DNA from: an uncultured Clostridia bacterium
GTDB lineage: Bacteria; Bacillota; Clostridia; Christensenellales; UBA1242
Length of the DNA: 64,000 nucleotides
Direction: 5' to 3'
NCBI GenBank assembly: GCA_944384415.1
Contig: CALWTF010000018.1
Span: 2,605-66,604 of the forward strand
Part shown: positions 1-9,239 of the stretch, one piece after another
Numbering within the stretch: the first letter of the stretch is position 1
Layout: the number at the start of each line of letters is the position of its first letter
Position numbers and translations under genes: made by a program
The notes under the pieces: generated by a model
The model's input: only the letters and a program-made list of their open reading frames with translations
Told to the model about the DNA's origin: nothing
Databases searched by the model: none

Positions 1-237
1 ATTATTGTGTAAATATGTTTTTTCAGTAATTATGCGAGCAAAACTTTTATAATAGTTATCAGAAGAAATTACTGCAACCTTTTTCCCCCAACAACCAAGT
101 TGTTTTGCAAGTCTTAAAGCGTTGAAACTTTTCCCTGAACATGAAGCACCAGCAAGTAAAATTATTTTTTTGTGTTTTTTGTGCTTTATTGCATTATAGA
201 TTTTTTTACTCCAAACATCAAAATTATAAAAATTCAA
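1..237 (-). CDS. Uridine kinase / PRK-family P-loop kinase, N-terminal part (gene runs off the left edge)
   Basis: Own minus-strand translation. GGAGGTG (248-242) is followed by TTG at 237-235, giving LNFYNFDVWSKKIYNAIKHKKHKKIILLAGASCSGKSFNALRLAKQLGCWGKKVAVISSDNYYKSF... The Walker A GASCSGKS and the SSDNYYK motif resemble uridine kinase N-termini. Not in the supplied ORF track. Confidence 0.45.
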   Translation of the reverse strand, partial: MNFYNFDVWSKKIYNAIKHKKHKKIILLAGASCSGKSFNALRLAKQLGCWGKKVAVISSDNYYKSFARIITEKTYLHNN

Positions 238-369
238 AACACACCTCCATATAAAAATAAGTATATTTTTTGTGCAAGTTTTTGTCAAGGATAATTGAGT
301 TATAAAAAGATTTTTAAAAATTATTTAAAAACTATATAAAAAAGAATAATTATATGTTATAATATAAAT

Positions 370-1008
370 ATGAAAAGTTTGGATAAACAACAAAAGATAA
401 AAACAATATTTGAAGAGCTAAATAAATTATTTCCTGAACCTTATTGTGAGTTAAAATATTCTAGTGATTTCGAATTGTTAGTTGCTGTTATATTGAGTGC
501 TCAATGTACAGATAAAAGAGTTAATCAAGTTACTAGTGAATTGTTTAAAAATTTTAAAACGCCAAACGATTTTGCAAATATTTCTCAGGAAACTTTGGAA
601 AAATATATTTATTCAACTGGATTTTTTAGAAATAAAGCAAAAAATATTATTAGTACAAGTAAAATTTTAGTGGAAAAATTCAATTCAGAACTTCCAAAAT
701 CATCTGCTGAATTAATGCAATTACCTGGGGTTGGTAGGAAAGTGGCAAATGTTGTTTCATCAATTATCAATAATGAATCGGTAGTTGGTGTTGATACACA
801 TTTTTTCAGAGTAGCAAATAGGTTAGGATTAGTAAATGCCAAAAATCCTTTGGATACAGAAAAGCAGTGGATAAAAAATTATCCAAACTATTTGAATCAT
901 CAAACACATTTATTATTGGTTTTATTCGGAAGATATTATTGCTCGGCAAAAAATCCAAAATGTCAATTATGTAAGTTTAAAGAATTATGCAATTATTATA
1001 AGGGGTAA
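370..1008 (+). CDS. nth: Endonuclease III (base-excision repair DNA glycosylase)
   Basis: 212-aa ORF. HhH-GPD motif LPGVGRKVANVV and C-terminal 4Fe-4S cluster C-x6-C-x2-C-x5-C (CSAKNPKCQLCKFKELC). Confidence 0.9.
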   Translation: MKSLDKQQKIKTIFEELNKLFPEPYCELKYSSDFELLVAVILSAQCTDKRVNQVTSELFKNFKTPNDFANISQETLEKYIYSTGFFRNKAKNIISTSKILVEKFNSELPKSSAELMQLPGVGRKVANVVSSIINNESVVGVDTHFFRVANRLGLVNAKNPLDTEKQWIKNYPNYLNHQTHLLLVLFGRYYCSAKNPKCQLCKFKELCNYYKG

Positions 1009-1010
1009 TT

Positions 1011-2288
1011 ATGTTTGTAGATAAAGTAAAAATTTATGTTAAGGCAGGTAATGGCGGTGATGGTGCTGCCACTTTTCGTCGTGAAAAATATGTACCCAAT
1101 GGTGGTCCAGATGGTGGAGATGGTGGAAAAGGTGGTGACATTATTTTAAAATCTGATTCATCTATAAATACTTTAGTTGATTTTAGATTTCAAAAACATT
1201 TTCGTGCTCAAAATGGTAGTAAGGGTTCAGGTTGTAATTGCACTGGTAAAAGTGGTGAAGATTTAATTATAACAGTTCCTTGTGGAACGGTTGTTAAAGA
1301 TTTTAAAACAAACAAGGTTATTGTTGATATGTTTGAAGATAATAAAACTTTTGTTTTATTAAAAGGTGGTTTAGGTGGAAAAGGAAATCAATGTTTTGCT
1401 AGTAGTAGGCATCAAGCACCAAGATATAGTCAATTAGGGCAAATTACTGAAGAACACGAGGTAATATTAGAGCTTAAAACAATTGCAGATGTTGGGTTGG
1501 TAGGTTTTCCTAATGTGGGTAAATCAACATTATTGGCTAGTATAACTGATGCAAAACCTAAAATTGCAAATTATCATTTTACTACACTTTCACCAAATTT
1601 AGGTGTTTTAAAACGATTTGATAAAACTTGCGTACTGGCTGATATTCCTGGACTTATAGAAGGTGCAAGTGAAGGGGTTGGATTAGGACACGAGTTTTTA
1701 AGACATATTGAAAGAACTCGTATAATTTTACATCTTGTGGATATTTCAGAAAGTGAAGGAAGGAAAGCTTTTGATGATTTTGAAGCTATAAACAATGAGT
1801 TGGAAAAATATAGTGAAATATTATCGAGTAGACCACAAATTGTAGTTTTAAATAAGGCAGATATGTTGTTAGATGAAAATCAAATTGATGAATTTAATAA
1901 AAAACTTAAAAAATCAAAATTTAGTAAATCAAAAGTTTTTGTAATATCTGCTCAAAACCATAAAGGACTTAATGAACTTGTAGATGCAATATTTGCTGAG
2001 CTTGATAATTTACCTCCAATTGAACAAATTGAAAGTGAAGATTTTGATTTTGATACTCGTGATACTAATTCAATAAAATACGAAAAAATTAATGATAACA
2101 CATACAAAGTAAGTGGTGGTAGAATTATTGAATTAAATCGACGCATACTGGTTTCTGATGAAGAAAGTTTGCTTTATTTGCAACGAAGAGTTCGTAAAGA
2201 TGGAATTATTTCTCATTTAAAAACAATGGGATTAAAAGCTGGAGATACTATTTTTATAGGCGATTTAGAATTTATTTATGAGGAGTAA
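1011..2288 (+). CDS. obg: GTPase Obg/CgtA
   Basis: Glycine-rich Obg fold (GGPDGGDGGKGGDII), G1 GFPNVGKST, G3 DIPGLIEGA, G4 NKAD, and a C-terminal extension. RBS AGGGGT lies upstream. Confidence 0.95.
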   Translation: MFVDKVKIYVKAGNGGDGAATFRREKYVPNGGPDGGDGGKGGDIILKSDSSINTLVDFRFQKHFRAQNGSKGSGCNCTGKSGEDLIITVPCGTVVKDFKTNKVIVDMFEDNKTFVLLKGGLGGKGNQCFASSRHQAPRYSQLGQITEEHEVILELKTIADVGLVGFPNVGKSTLLASITDAKPKIANYHFTTLSPNLGVLKRFDKTCVLADIPGLIEGASEGVGLGHEFLRHIERTRIILHLVDISESEGRKAFDDFEAINNELEKYSEILSSRPQIVVLNKADMLLDENQIDEFNKKLKKSKFSKSKVFVISAQNHKGLNELVDAIFAELDNLPPIEQIESEDFDFDTRDTNSIKYEKINDNTYKVSGGRIIELNRRILVSDEESLLYLQRRVRKDGIISHLKTMGLKAGDTIFIGDLEFIYEE

Positions 2289-2291
2289 AAA

Positions 2292-2600
2292 ATGTTAACA
2301 TCAAAACAACGCGCAGAACTACGCGCTCAAGCACAAAAAATTGATGCGATAATTCAAATAGGAAAAGATGGAATTTCTTTGGAAACAGTTCAAACTGCTG
2401 ACCAAGCACTTTATGCAAGAAAAATTATTAAAATTTCTGTTCTTGACAATAGTGGATTAGAAACAAAAGATGCAGCATATGAACTAGCTTCTAAAACAAA
2501 ATCTGATGTTGTACAAGTTATTGGTAATAAATTTGTATTATTTAAAAAAACAGATAAACAAACAAGAAGAGAAGTTAATAGATTGAAAAACAAAAAATAA
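2292..2600 (+). CDS. yhbY: YhbY/CRM-domain ribosome-assembly RNA-binding protein
   Basis: 102 aa. LTSKQRAELRAQAQKIDAIIQIGKDGIS is the typical YhbY N-terminus. RBS GAGGAG; lies directly after obg. Confidence 0.8.
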   Translation: MLTSKQRAELRAQAQKIDAIIQIGKDGISLETVQTADQALYARKIIKISVLDNSGLETKDAAYELASKTKSDVVQVIGNKFVLFKKTDKQTRREVNRLKNKK

Positions 2601-2607
2601 CATCAAT

Positions 2608-3420
2608 TTATGATGTTATTTTTTGTTTATGAGGCAAAATAATAGTTAATAATGCTATTATTATCATTATAGTACCAAATATTAAATAATATATTTTATA
2701 ATATACAAAAAAACTTGATATAATAAGAATTAATCCAAACAATAAATAATTTTTCATTCTTTTACGGTCAAATGCATATTTTAAAATTTGTTTAATATTT
2801 AACTTTGATATAGATGTATCAACTGTTTCATCAGGTAATAGATTTTTGTCTTTTATAAGTTTATTATAAGTTGTAAAACAATCCCAAATTTCAATTTTTA
2901 TATTTTTTATTTTTAAACTTAAATTTTTTACTTCTTCATCTGCTTGAATTCCAGAAATTATTAAAATGGAACAATTTTTTTCTTTTGCTATGGCATATAA
3001 TTGAGCTAAGTTTGTATTTTTAATTTTTTCAGTGTTAAATAATGGTGCAAATAAAATTTTTTGATTATTATTTTTTAGTATTAAAAAATTTGTATGCTTT
3101 GTAATGTTATAGTTGTTATTTAACAATTTTTCAAAGTAATTTATAGTTGATTTTTGTGTGCTAAAACTTAACTGTAATGCGCAATTTTGTGCTAGCTGTT
3201 TTTGTTTTTTTGATAACTCGGTTTTTTTAATTTTTTTAGATTTTACAAAAAAATATATAAAAATTAATAAAAAAGTAGCAAAAATACCTATCAAAATTGA
3301 CAATATTATGTTTTTAGTATAAAATTTTATCCAACTAAAAAGTAATATAAATACAAATAAAGTTATCAAAATACAATCAATAATATCTGAAAGTTTAGTT
3401 TTTGTCATAATATTCTCCAT
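2608..3420 (-). CDS. Hypothetical membrane protein (2 N-terminal and 2 C-terminal hydrophobic helices around a soluble core)
   Basis: Long ORF with clear hydrophobic segments (ILITLFVFILLFSWI, ILSILIGIFATFLLIFIYFFV, LLFGLILIISSFFVY, IFGTIMIIIALLTIIL). I recognise no family motif. Confidence 0.5.
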   Translation of the reverse strand: MENIMTKTKLSDIIDCILITLFVFILLFSWIKFYTKNIILSILIGIFATFLLIFIYFFVKSKKIKKTELSKKQKQLAQNCALQLSFSTQKSTINYFEKLLNNNYNITKHTNFLILKNNNQKILFAPLFNTEKIKNTNLAQLYAIAKEKNCSILIISGIQADEEVKNLSLKIKNIKIEIWDCFTTYNKLIKDKNLLPDETVDTSISKLNIKQILKYAFDRKRMKNYLLFGLILIISSFFVYYKIYYLIFGTIMIIIALLTIILPHKQKITS

Positions 3421-3469
3421 TTTTCTTTTTTAATTGTTGACATTTTTTAAATGTCTATGCAGTGTTTAT

Positions 3470-3498
3470 TTGACTTTTCAAGTTTTGGTTGATATAAT
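3470..3498 (+). promoter_or_regulatory. Sigma-A-type promoter upstream of rsfS (TTGACT-17 nt-TATAAT)
   Basis: TTGACT at 3470-3475 and TATAAT at 3493-3498, with a 17-nt spacer, about 70 nt upstream of the rsfS start. Confidence 0.6.
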
Positions 3499-3569
3499 TA
3501 AAAAGAATGAATATTAGCAGTTGGTAAATGCTGAAAGTAGTTCAAACAAATAATTAAGGAGTAATGTTT

Positions 3570-4121
3570 ATGAAAACAGAACAAATAAGTGAATATCGCA
3601 GTTTGGCAATTGATATTGCTAAAATTTTAGATGAGAAAAAGGCTTCTGATATTGTTATGATAAATGTTGCTCATTTAAGTAGTTTAGCTGATTGGTTTGT
3701 AGTTGCTACTGCATTAAACACAACTCACGCAAAATCTTTAACTGATGAACTTGAAGAAAAGTTAAAGTTATCAAACATTAAACCTTTTCGTCGTGAAGGT
3801 GTTGGTGAATGGTGTGTTTTGGATTATGGTGAAGTTATTGTTCATATATTTACACAAGAAACTAGAACCTTTTATCATTTAGAAAAGTTGTGGAATGATG
3901 GTAAAAATGTTTTTACTTTATCTGGCATAGATAAAGTTTTGGAAAAAGAAAAGAAAAAAGCAGAATTAGAAGAAAAGAAAAATTTAAAAAGTCAGATAAA
4001 ATTAAAACAGAAGATTGAAAAAGAAGGCGCAAAAGAAGAAAAAGCATCTAAAAAATTAGCTATAAAAACAGCGAAAAAAGAAAATAAAAAATCTGATTCA
4101 AAAAATTTTGAAGATAAATAA
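3570..4121 (+). CDS. rsfS: Ribosomal silencing factor RsfS (iojap family) with a Lys/Glu-rich C-terminal tail
   Basis: Motifs DWFVVATALNTTHAKSL, GEWCVLDYGEVIVHIF and FYHLEKLW. ATG 3570 is preferred over 3564 because AAGGAG (3555-3560) is better spaced for it. Confidence 0.85.
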   Translation: MKTEQISEYRSLAIDIAKILDEKKASDIVMINVAHLSSLADWFVVATALNTTHAKSLTDELEEKLKLSNIKPFRREGVGEWCVLDYGEVIVHIFTQETRTFYHLEKLWNDGKNVFTLSGIDKVLEKEKKKAELEEKKNLKSQIKLKQKIEKEGAKEEKASKKLAIKTAKKENKKSDSKNFEDK

Positions 4122-4142
4122 TATTAAGTAAAAAAGATAAGT

Positions 4143-4559
4143 ATGGAATTTATATCAAACAGTTTAGAAGATACGGTAAAATTTGCTAAAATTATAGCAT
4201 CAAAATTAAAGAAGGGTAATATTATCCTTCTTTTTGGTGATTTAGGTTCGGGTAAAACCACTTTTACAAAATCTTTAGCAAAAGAATTAGGTGTTAAAGA
4301 AATTGTTACAAGTCCCACTTTTACAATTATGAATGAATATGAAGGCGTGGTGCCTATTTATCATTTTGATATGTATAGGATTGAAACTTTATCTGAAATA
4401 GAAGAATTAGGGTTTAGTGATATTATAAATAGTGGTGAAGGTATTTGTATTATAGAATGGCCAGAGTGTTGTATTGAAATTTTACCTAGTGACTGTATTA
4501 AAATTAAAATTAGTACACTTGAAACAAATACCCGCAAGTTTGAAGTGGAGGGAATATGA
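4143..4559 (+). CDS. tsaE: tRNA t6A37 biosynthesis ATPase TsaE (YjeE)
   Basis: P-loop GDLGSGKTTFTK, SPTFTIMNEY and YHFDMYR motifs; 138 aa. Confidence 0.9.
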   Translation: MEFISNSLEDTVKFAKIIASKLKKGNIILLFGDLGSGKTTFTKSLAKELGVKEIVTSPTFTIMNEYEGVVPIYHFDMYRIETLSEIEELGFSDIINSGEGICIIEWPECCIEILPSDCIKIKISTLETNTRKFEVEGI

Positions 4560-5674
4560 AAGTTTTATCTTTGAACACCACAGGAATAGGTACACAAATT
4601 TCTTTAATTAATGATGGAAAAGAATTTTTTGTTGATGCTGGTTTTTCTAAACATAGCGAAACATTGTTTCCATTACTAGAAAATTTGCTTGTAAAAGCAA
4701 ATACAACTATAGATAATCTTGATTTTGTTGGAGTTGTTATTGGGCCTGGTTCTTTTACTGGTATTAGAATTGGTTTGGCAGTTGCTAAAACTTTTTGTTA
4801 TGTTAAGGGCTGTAAATGTGTTGGCGTAAACTCGTTGGAAGTTTTAGCATATAATATTTTTAATCGTAAAGATAAATGTGAAAAACCTGTTTGCTCAGTA
4901 ATCAATGCTGGTGCAGATATGGTTTATTATCAAATTTTTGAAAGCAAAAACAATAAATTGATAGCTATTTCTGAACCAATGTTGAGTAAGTTTAAACATT
5001 TTTCGGGTTATATACATTCTGTATATAGTGATGAAGTTGAATTTGTATATTGTAATAATAATGAAAAAAATAGTTGGGCAGATTTTATTGTAGAGTCAGA
5101 AAATTTTACACCTCAAAGTTTAAATAAATGTGTTTTAAACAAAATTGAGGAAAACAAATATGACACATTTGAAAATATTGCTCCTTTATATTTAAGAACT
5201 AGTCAAGCCGAAAAATTAATTTATAAAGAAGATGAAATAAAAATAATACAAGGAACATTAAATGATATTGATGTTTTATGCGAAATGGAAAGTCAAGATG
5301 ACCCAATTGATTTGCAATGGAGCAAAACTTCTTTAGAACAAAGTTTTGAAAATAAAAGTTATAAATGTTGGATTTTAAAAAGTAAAGAAAAAGCTTTAGG
5401 ATATGTTTCAATAATAGATTTAACTGATGAATATGAAATTTTACGAATAGTTGTTTTAAAAAATGCTAGGTTACAAGGGTTGGGAATGAAGCTTTTAAAT
5501 TTTGTGTTTGAACAAGCTCAAAACAACAATGTAAAAAATGTTTTGCTTGAAGTTAATGACCATAATTATCCTGCCTTATCACTTTATCAAAAAATGGGCT
5601 TTGAGAAAATTGGTGAAAGAAAGCAGTATTATTCCAAAAGAGAAAATGCAATTTTGATGAAAAAAGTTTTATAG
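4556..5674 (+). CDS. tsaB: Fusion protein: TsaB (YeaZ) N-terminal domain + RimI-like GNAT acetyltransferase C-terminal domain
   Basis: The N-terminal half carries VIGPGSFTGIRIGLAVAKTF (TsaB/YeaZ). The C-terminal ~150 aa is a GNAT fold (RLQGLGMKLLNFVFEQA, YQKMGFEKIG). One uninterrupted frame; the start overlaps the tsaE stop (ATGA). Confidence 0.8.
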   Translation: MKVLSLNTTGIGTQISLINDGKEFFVDAGFSKHSETLFPLLENLLVKANTTIDNLDFVGVVIGPGSFTGIRIGLAVAKTFCYVKGCKCVGVNSLEVLAYNIFNRKDKCEKPVCSVINAGADMVYYQIFESKNNKLIAISEPMLSKFKHFSGYIHSVYSDEVEFVYCNNNEKNSWADFIVESENFTPQSLNKCVLNKIEENKYDTFENIAPLYLRTSQAEKLIYKEDEIKIIQGTLNDIDVLCEMESQDDPIDLQWSKTSLEQSFENKSYKCWILKSKEKALGYVSIIDLTDEYEILRIVVLKNARLQGLGMKLLNFVFEQAQNNNVKNVLLEVNDHNYPALSLYQKMGFEKIGERKQYYSKRENAILMKKVL

Positions 5675-5681
5675 GAGTAAT

Positions 5682-6413
5682 ATGTTAGTTCTTCCAAAAA
5701 CTGATTTTTTAATAAAAGGTGAAGGGAAAATTGTTCTATTTCTTCATGGTTGGGGAAGTAATAAGGAAAGTTTTAATGGAGTTGTAAAAACTTTATGCAA
5801 TTTTTATAAATGTGTTTGCCTAGATTTTTGGGGATTTGGAAGAAGTGAAACACCTAATTTTGTTTGGTCTGTTGATGATTATGCAGAGGCAGTTTTAATG
5901 TTTTTAAACAAATTAAAAATTGAAAAATGTTATGTTGTAGCTCATTCTTTTGGTGGAAGAGTTGCAATAAAACTTTTGGAAAAAACTAATAAAATTGAAA
6001 AATTAGTGTTGGTTGACAGTGCAGGTATTAGAAGAAAGTTAAATATTTTTGAAAAAATAAAAATAAAACGCTTTAAAAAATTAAAAAATATGGTAAACTT
6101 AGGATATAAAAATCCAAAGTGTCTTGAAAAATTTGGTTCACAAGATTATAAAAATCTTAGTGGAGTGATGAAAAAAGTTTTTGTAAAAGTTGTAAATGAA
6201 GATTTAACTGAAAATATAAAAAAAATAAAAATACCTACTAAACTTATCTGGGGGAAAAATGATAAACAAACATCACTTAAAATGGCAAAACAATTTTTTA
6301 AATATATTGACAATAGTTCTTTAAATATAATTAAAGGTGGTCATTTTAGTTTTGTTGATGATGAAGTAAACTTTTGTAAAATATGTTTACAGTTTTGGGG
6401 GGAATATGATTGA
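5682..6413 (+). CDS. Alpha/beta-fold hydrolase
   Basis: HGWGSNKESF near the N-terminus and nucleophile elbow VVAHSFGGRVA. The 3' end overlaps the murF start by 8 nt. Confidence 0.7.
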   Translation: MLVLPKTDFLIKGEGKIVLFLHGWGSNKESFNGVVKTLCNFYKCVCLDFWGFGRSETPNFVWSVDDYAEAVLMFLNKLKIEKCYVVAHSFGGRVAIKLLEKTNKIEKLVLVDSAGIRRKLNIFEKIKIKRFKKLKNMVNLGYKNPKCLEKFGSQDYKNLSGVMKKVFVKVVNEDLTENIKKIKIPTKLIWGKNDKQTSLKMAKQFFKYIDNSSLNIIKGGHFSFVDDEVNFCKICLQFWGEYD

Positions 6414-8043
6414 ATTTTGGTCTGTTGAGAATGTGGATTTATGGATAGGGCTTGGCTTAGCAGTTATAAATGCTGTTCTTTTATGCTTTGAAGGATATAA
6501 ATTTATGCAAATAATTCAACTAAGTGGATATCATATTAGAGGATACTTTGATTGGTTAAAAAATACCAGAGCGAAATATTTTGTAAGATTAGTAATGCTT
6601 GCTTTATTGAGTTCTGCTGCTATGATTGTTACAAATGCCATATTTAATGCTCATTTGGATTATTTAGCATATATAGGTTTAATTGTTTATTTTGCATTGT
6701 CAATTTTTTTTATAAAAAATGTTTATTCCGCACCTAAAAAAACCCCTTTAAAAATGACCAATAGAATGACTCGTAGTATGATTTTACTTTTTGTAGTTAA
6801 CTTTATTGTGTCTTTTGGATTAATTATTTTATCCTCAATGTTTATAGATATTTATAGATTTGGTGCAGTTGCTTTAACTCCAATTGTATTACCAGTGATT
6901 GTTCCGTTTGTTCATTGGATTATGAAACCAATTGAAAATATGATAAACAAGAAATATATTTATCAGGCAAGAAAAAAATTGAAAGATTACCCAAAACTTA
7001 TAAAAATTGGAATTACGGGAAGTTATGGAAAAACAAGTGTTAAAAATTTTTTATACACAATTTTAAGTGAAAAATATAATGTTTGTGTAACACCTATGAA
7101 CTATAACACTCCAATGGGAATTACAAAAACAGTTATACAATTTTTATCTCCTGGACATCAGGTTTTGATAGCTGAAATGGGAGCAAGACAATTGGGGGAT
7201 ATTAAAGAGTTATGTGAAATTGTTGAACCTAAATATGGTATTGTTACTTCAATTGCCGAACAACATCTTGCCACTTTTAAAACAGTTGAAAATATAGTAA
7301 AAACTAAAAGTGAATTACCAGAATATTTAGGTGAAAGCGGTTTTTGTGTTTTTAATATTGATGATTCAACAATTTCTTCAATATATAAAAAATTTAAATG
7401 TGAAAAAACTTGTGTATCAATTTTAAATAATAGTAATGCAAGTGTTTGGGCTGATAATATTGTTACAACAACTGATGGAACAGATTTTTCATTGCATATT
7501 GAAAAAGAAAAAATTGATTGCCACACTAAACTTTTAGGAAAACATAACATTTCAAACCTTGTTATGTGTGTGCCTTTGGCTTTAAAGTTAGGATTATCGG
7601 TTGAACAAATTAAAAAAGGTATTGAAAAGTTAAATTCGGTGGAACATCGTTTGCAAATGATAAAAGCTGAAAATGATGTTACTATTTTGGATGATGCTTA
7701 TAATGCAAGCATTGAAGGAAGTACACAAGCATTAGAAGTTTTATCAATGTTTAAAGATAGAAGAAAAATTATAATAACCCCTGGATTGGTTGAACTTGGG
7801 AAAATTGAACGACTTGCAAACTATGAATTCGGTGAAAGAATGGCTTCTGTAGCTGATTTAGTTGTAATAGTAAATAAACAACATTATTTATCTATTAGGC
7901 AAGGATTACTAGATAAAAATTTTGATGAAAATAAAATTTTACAAGCACAAACTTTTCAAGATGCACAAAAAATTATATCTGAATTAATAATGAAAGGTGA
8001 TATTATTTTATGGGAGAATGATTTGCCAGATAATTACACTTAA
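6406..8043 (+). CDS. murF: MurF-like Mur ligase (UDP-MurNAc-tripeptide--D-Ala-D-Ala ligase) with a polytopic N-terminal membrane domain
   Basis: The ATP site GITGSYGKTSVKN only appears at residue ~200. The central and C-terminal Mur ligase domains include DDAYNAS. About five hydrophobic helices fill the first ~175 aa. RBS GGGGGGA; ddl follows. Confidence 0.7.
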   Translation: MIEFWSVENVDLWIGLGLAVINAVLLCFEGYKFMQIIQLSGYHIRGYFDWLKNTRAKYFVRLVMLALLSSAAMIVTNAIFNAHLDYLAYIGLIVYFALSIFFIKNVYSAPKKTPLKMTNRMTRSMILLFVVNFIVSFGLIILSSMFIDIYRFGAVALTPIVLPVIVPFVHWIMKPIENMINKKYIYQARKKLKDYPKLIKIGITGSYGKTSVKNFLYTILSEKYNVCVTPMNYNTPMGITKTVIQFLSPGHQVLIAEMGARQLGDIKELCEIVEPKYGIVTSIAEQHLATFKTVENIVKTKSELPEYLGESGFCVFNIDDSTISSIYKKFKCEKTCVSILNNSNASVWADNIVTTTDGTDFSLHIEKEKIDCHTKLLGKHNISNLVMCVPLALKLGLSVEQIKKGIEKLNSVEHRLQMIKAENDVTILDDAYNASIEGSTQALEVLSMFKDRRKIIITPGLVELGKIERLANYEFGERMASVADLVVIVNKQHYLSIRQGLLDKNFDENKILQAQTFQDAQKIISELIMKGDIILWENDLPDNYT

Positions 8044-8109
8044 AAGAAGCAATATGTAAACTATTTGCTTCTTTTTTCATATATCATTTTTAAAAGGGTG
8101 GTGAAAATT

Positions 8110-9234
8110 ATGAAGACAATAGCAGTAATTTTTGGTGGTAAATCAGTAGAACATGATATTTCTATAATCACAGGAATGCAAACAATTAAAAATTTAAGTC
8201 CCGCATATAACATAATACCTATTTATATTACCAAACAGGGGGAATGGTGGACTGGGGATAATTTAAAAAATTTGGAATTTTACGAATTATTTAATGCTAA
8301 AAAATTAAAGAACTGTTTTTTCAAAGCTCCACATTCAGAATTATTTATAGTTAATAAAATGTTTATAAAAAAAGTAAATATAAATGCAGTAGTTATGTGT
8401 ATGCACGGTAGCAATGGTGAAGATGGAAGTTTGCAAGGATTGCTTCAACTTTGCAATATTCCTTTTACAAGTTCGGGTGTTAGTGGTTCGGCAATTGCAA
8501 TGGATAAGGTTATTTGTAAAAGTGTTTTAAAAAGTTTAAAAATTCCAACACCTAGATTTTATTGGTTTTTTTCAAAAGAATTTGAAAATGATAAAAACAA
8601 ATATATAACTAACATAAAAAGATATGTCGGATTTCCAGTTATTGTGAAACCTGCAAGATTAGGAAGTAGTGTTGGTATTTCTAAATGCAAAAATGTTCAA
8701 GAACTTTTAGAAGCTGTTAATTTTGCAAGTCATTTTGATAATAAAATTATTGTTGAAAAAGCTATTGAAAATTTTTCTGAAGTGAATATAGCGTGTATTG
8801 GTGACGGTATTAAAATTGAATGTTCAATTTTAGAAAAAGTAGAAGTGAAAGGTGATTTTTTAAATTTTGATGATAAATACTTAAATAAAAAAGTAAAAAG
8901 GGAAATAGATTGCGAATTAGAAACAAATGTAAAAAATCAAATTGAACATTATGCTAAAAAAGCTTTTAAAGGATGTGATTGTTTTGGTGTTTTAAGAATG
9001 GATTTTTTTATAGACGATAAGGGAAAAGTATGGTTGAATGAAATAAACACAATACCTGGTTCTTTGGCTTTTTACTTATGGAGAAAAAATGGATACACTT
9101 TTGGAAGTATGTTAAATAAATTAATAAATTTGGCAATTATAAGAAGAGATGAAAGTTTGAAACTTGACTATGTTTTTAATACAAAAGCTGTTGTGGAATT
9201 TGCAAAAATTAAAAACAACAAAATGAATAAATAA
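8110..9234 (+). CDS. ddl: D-alanine--D-alanine ligase
   Basis: IAVIFGGKSVEHDISI, MHGSNGEDGSLQGLLQL, and the ATP-grasp motif LNEINTIPG. Start moved to ATG 8110 (RBS GGTGGTG) rather than the upstream TTG at 8065. Confidence 0.9.
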   Translation: MKTIAVIFGGKSVEHDISIITGMQTIKNLSPAYNIIPIYITKQGEWWTGDNLKNLEFYELFNAKKLKNCFFKAPHSELFIVNKMFIKKVNINAVVMCMHGSNGEDGSLQGLLQLCNIPFTSSGVSGSAIAMDKVICKSVLKSLKIPTPRFYWFFSKEFENDKNKYITNIKRYVGFPVIVKPARLGSSVGISKCKNVQELLEAVNFASHFDNKIIVEKAIENFSEVNIACIGDGIKIECSILEKVEVKGDFLNFDDKYLNKKVKREIDCELETNVKNQIEHYAKKAFKGCDCFGVLRMDFFIDDKGKVWLNEINTIPGSLAFYLWRKNGYTFGSMLNKLINLAIIRRDESLKLDYVFNTKAVVEFAKIKNNKMNK

Positions 9235-9239
9235 ACATT

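Noticed and set aside
4143-4559. Possibility of genetic code 4 (TGA=Trp), given the very low GC content and the reduced-looking gene order.
   Set aside because: TGA terminates conserved genes at their expected lengths (tsaE at 4557-4559, terL at 25273-25275, the trmR-like gene at 40896-40898, plsX at 45130-45132). Trp is encoded by TGG throughout.
8065-8109. 5' extensions of several track ORFs (ddl 8065, deacetylase 15441, terL 23737, MCP2 29394, 34899, rnc 45074, lepA 51950, mtaB 61135, tmcAL 43523, SH3b gene 21984).
   Set aside because: In each case a downstream ATG is preceded by a well-spaced Shine-Dalgarno sequence and gives the canonical protein N-terminus. The extensions overlap upstream genes or promoters.
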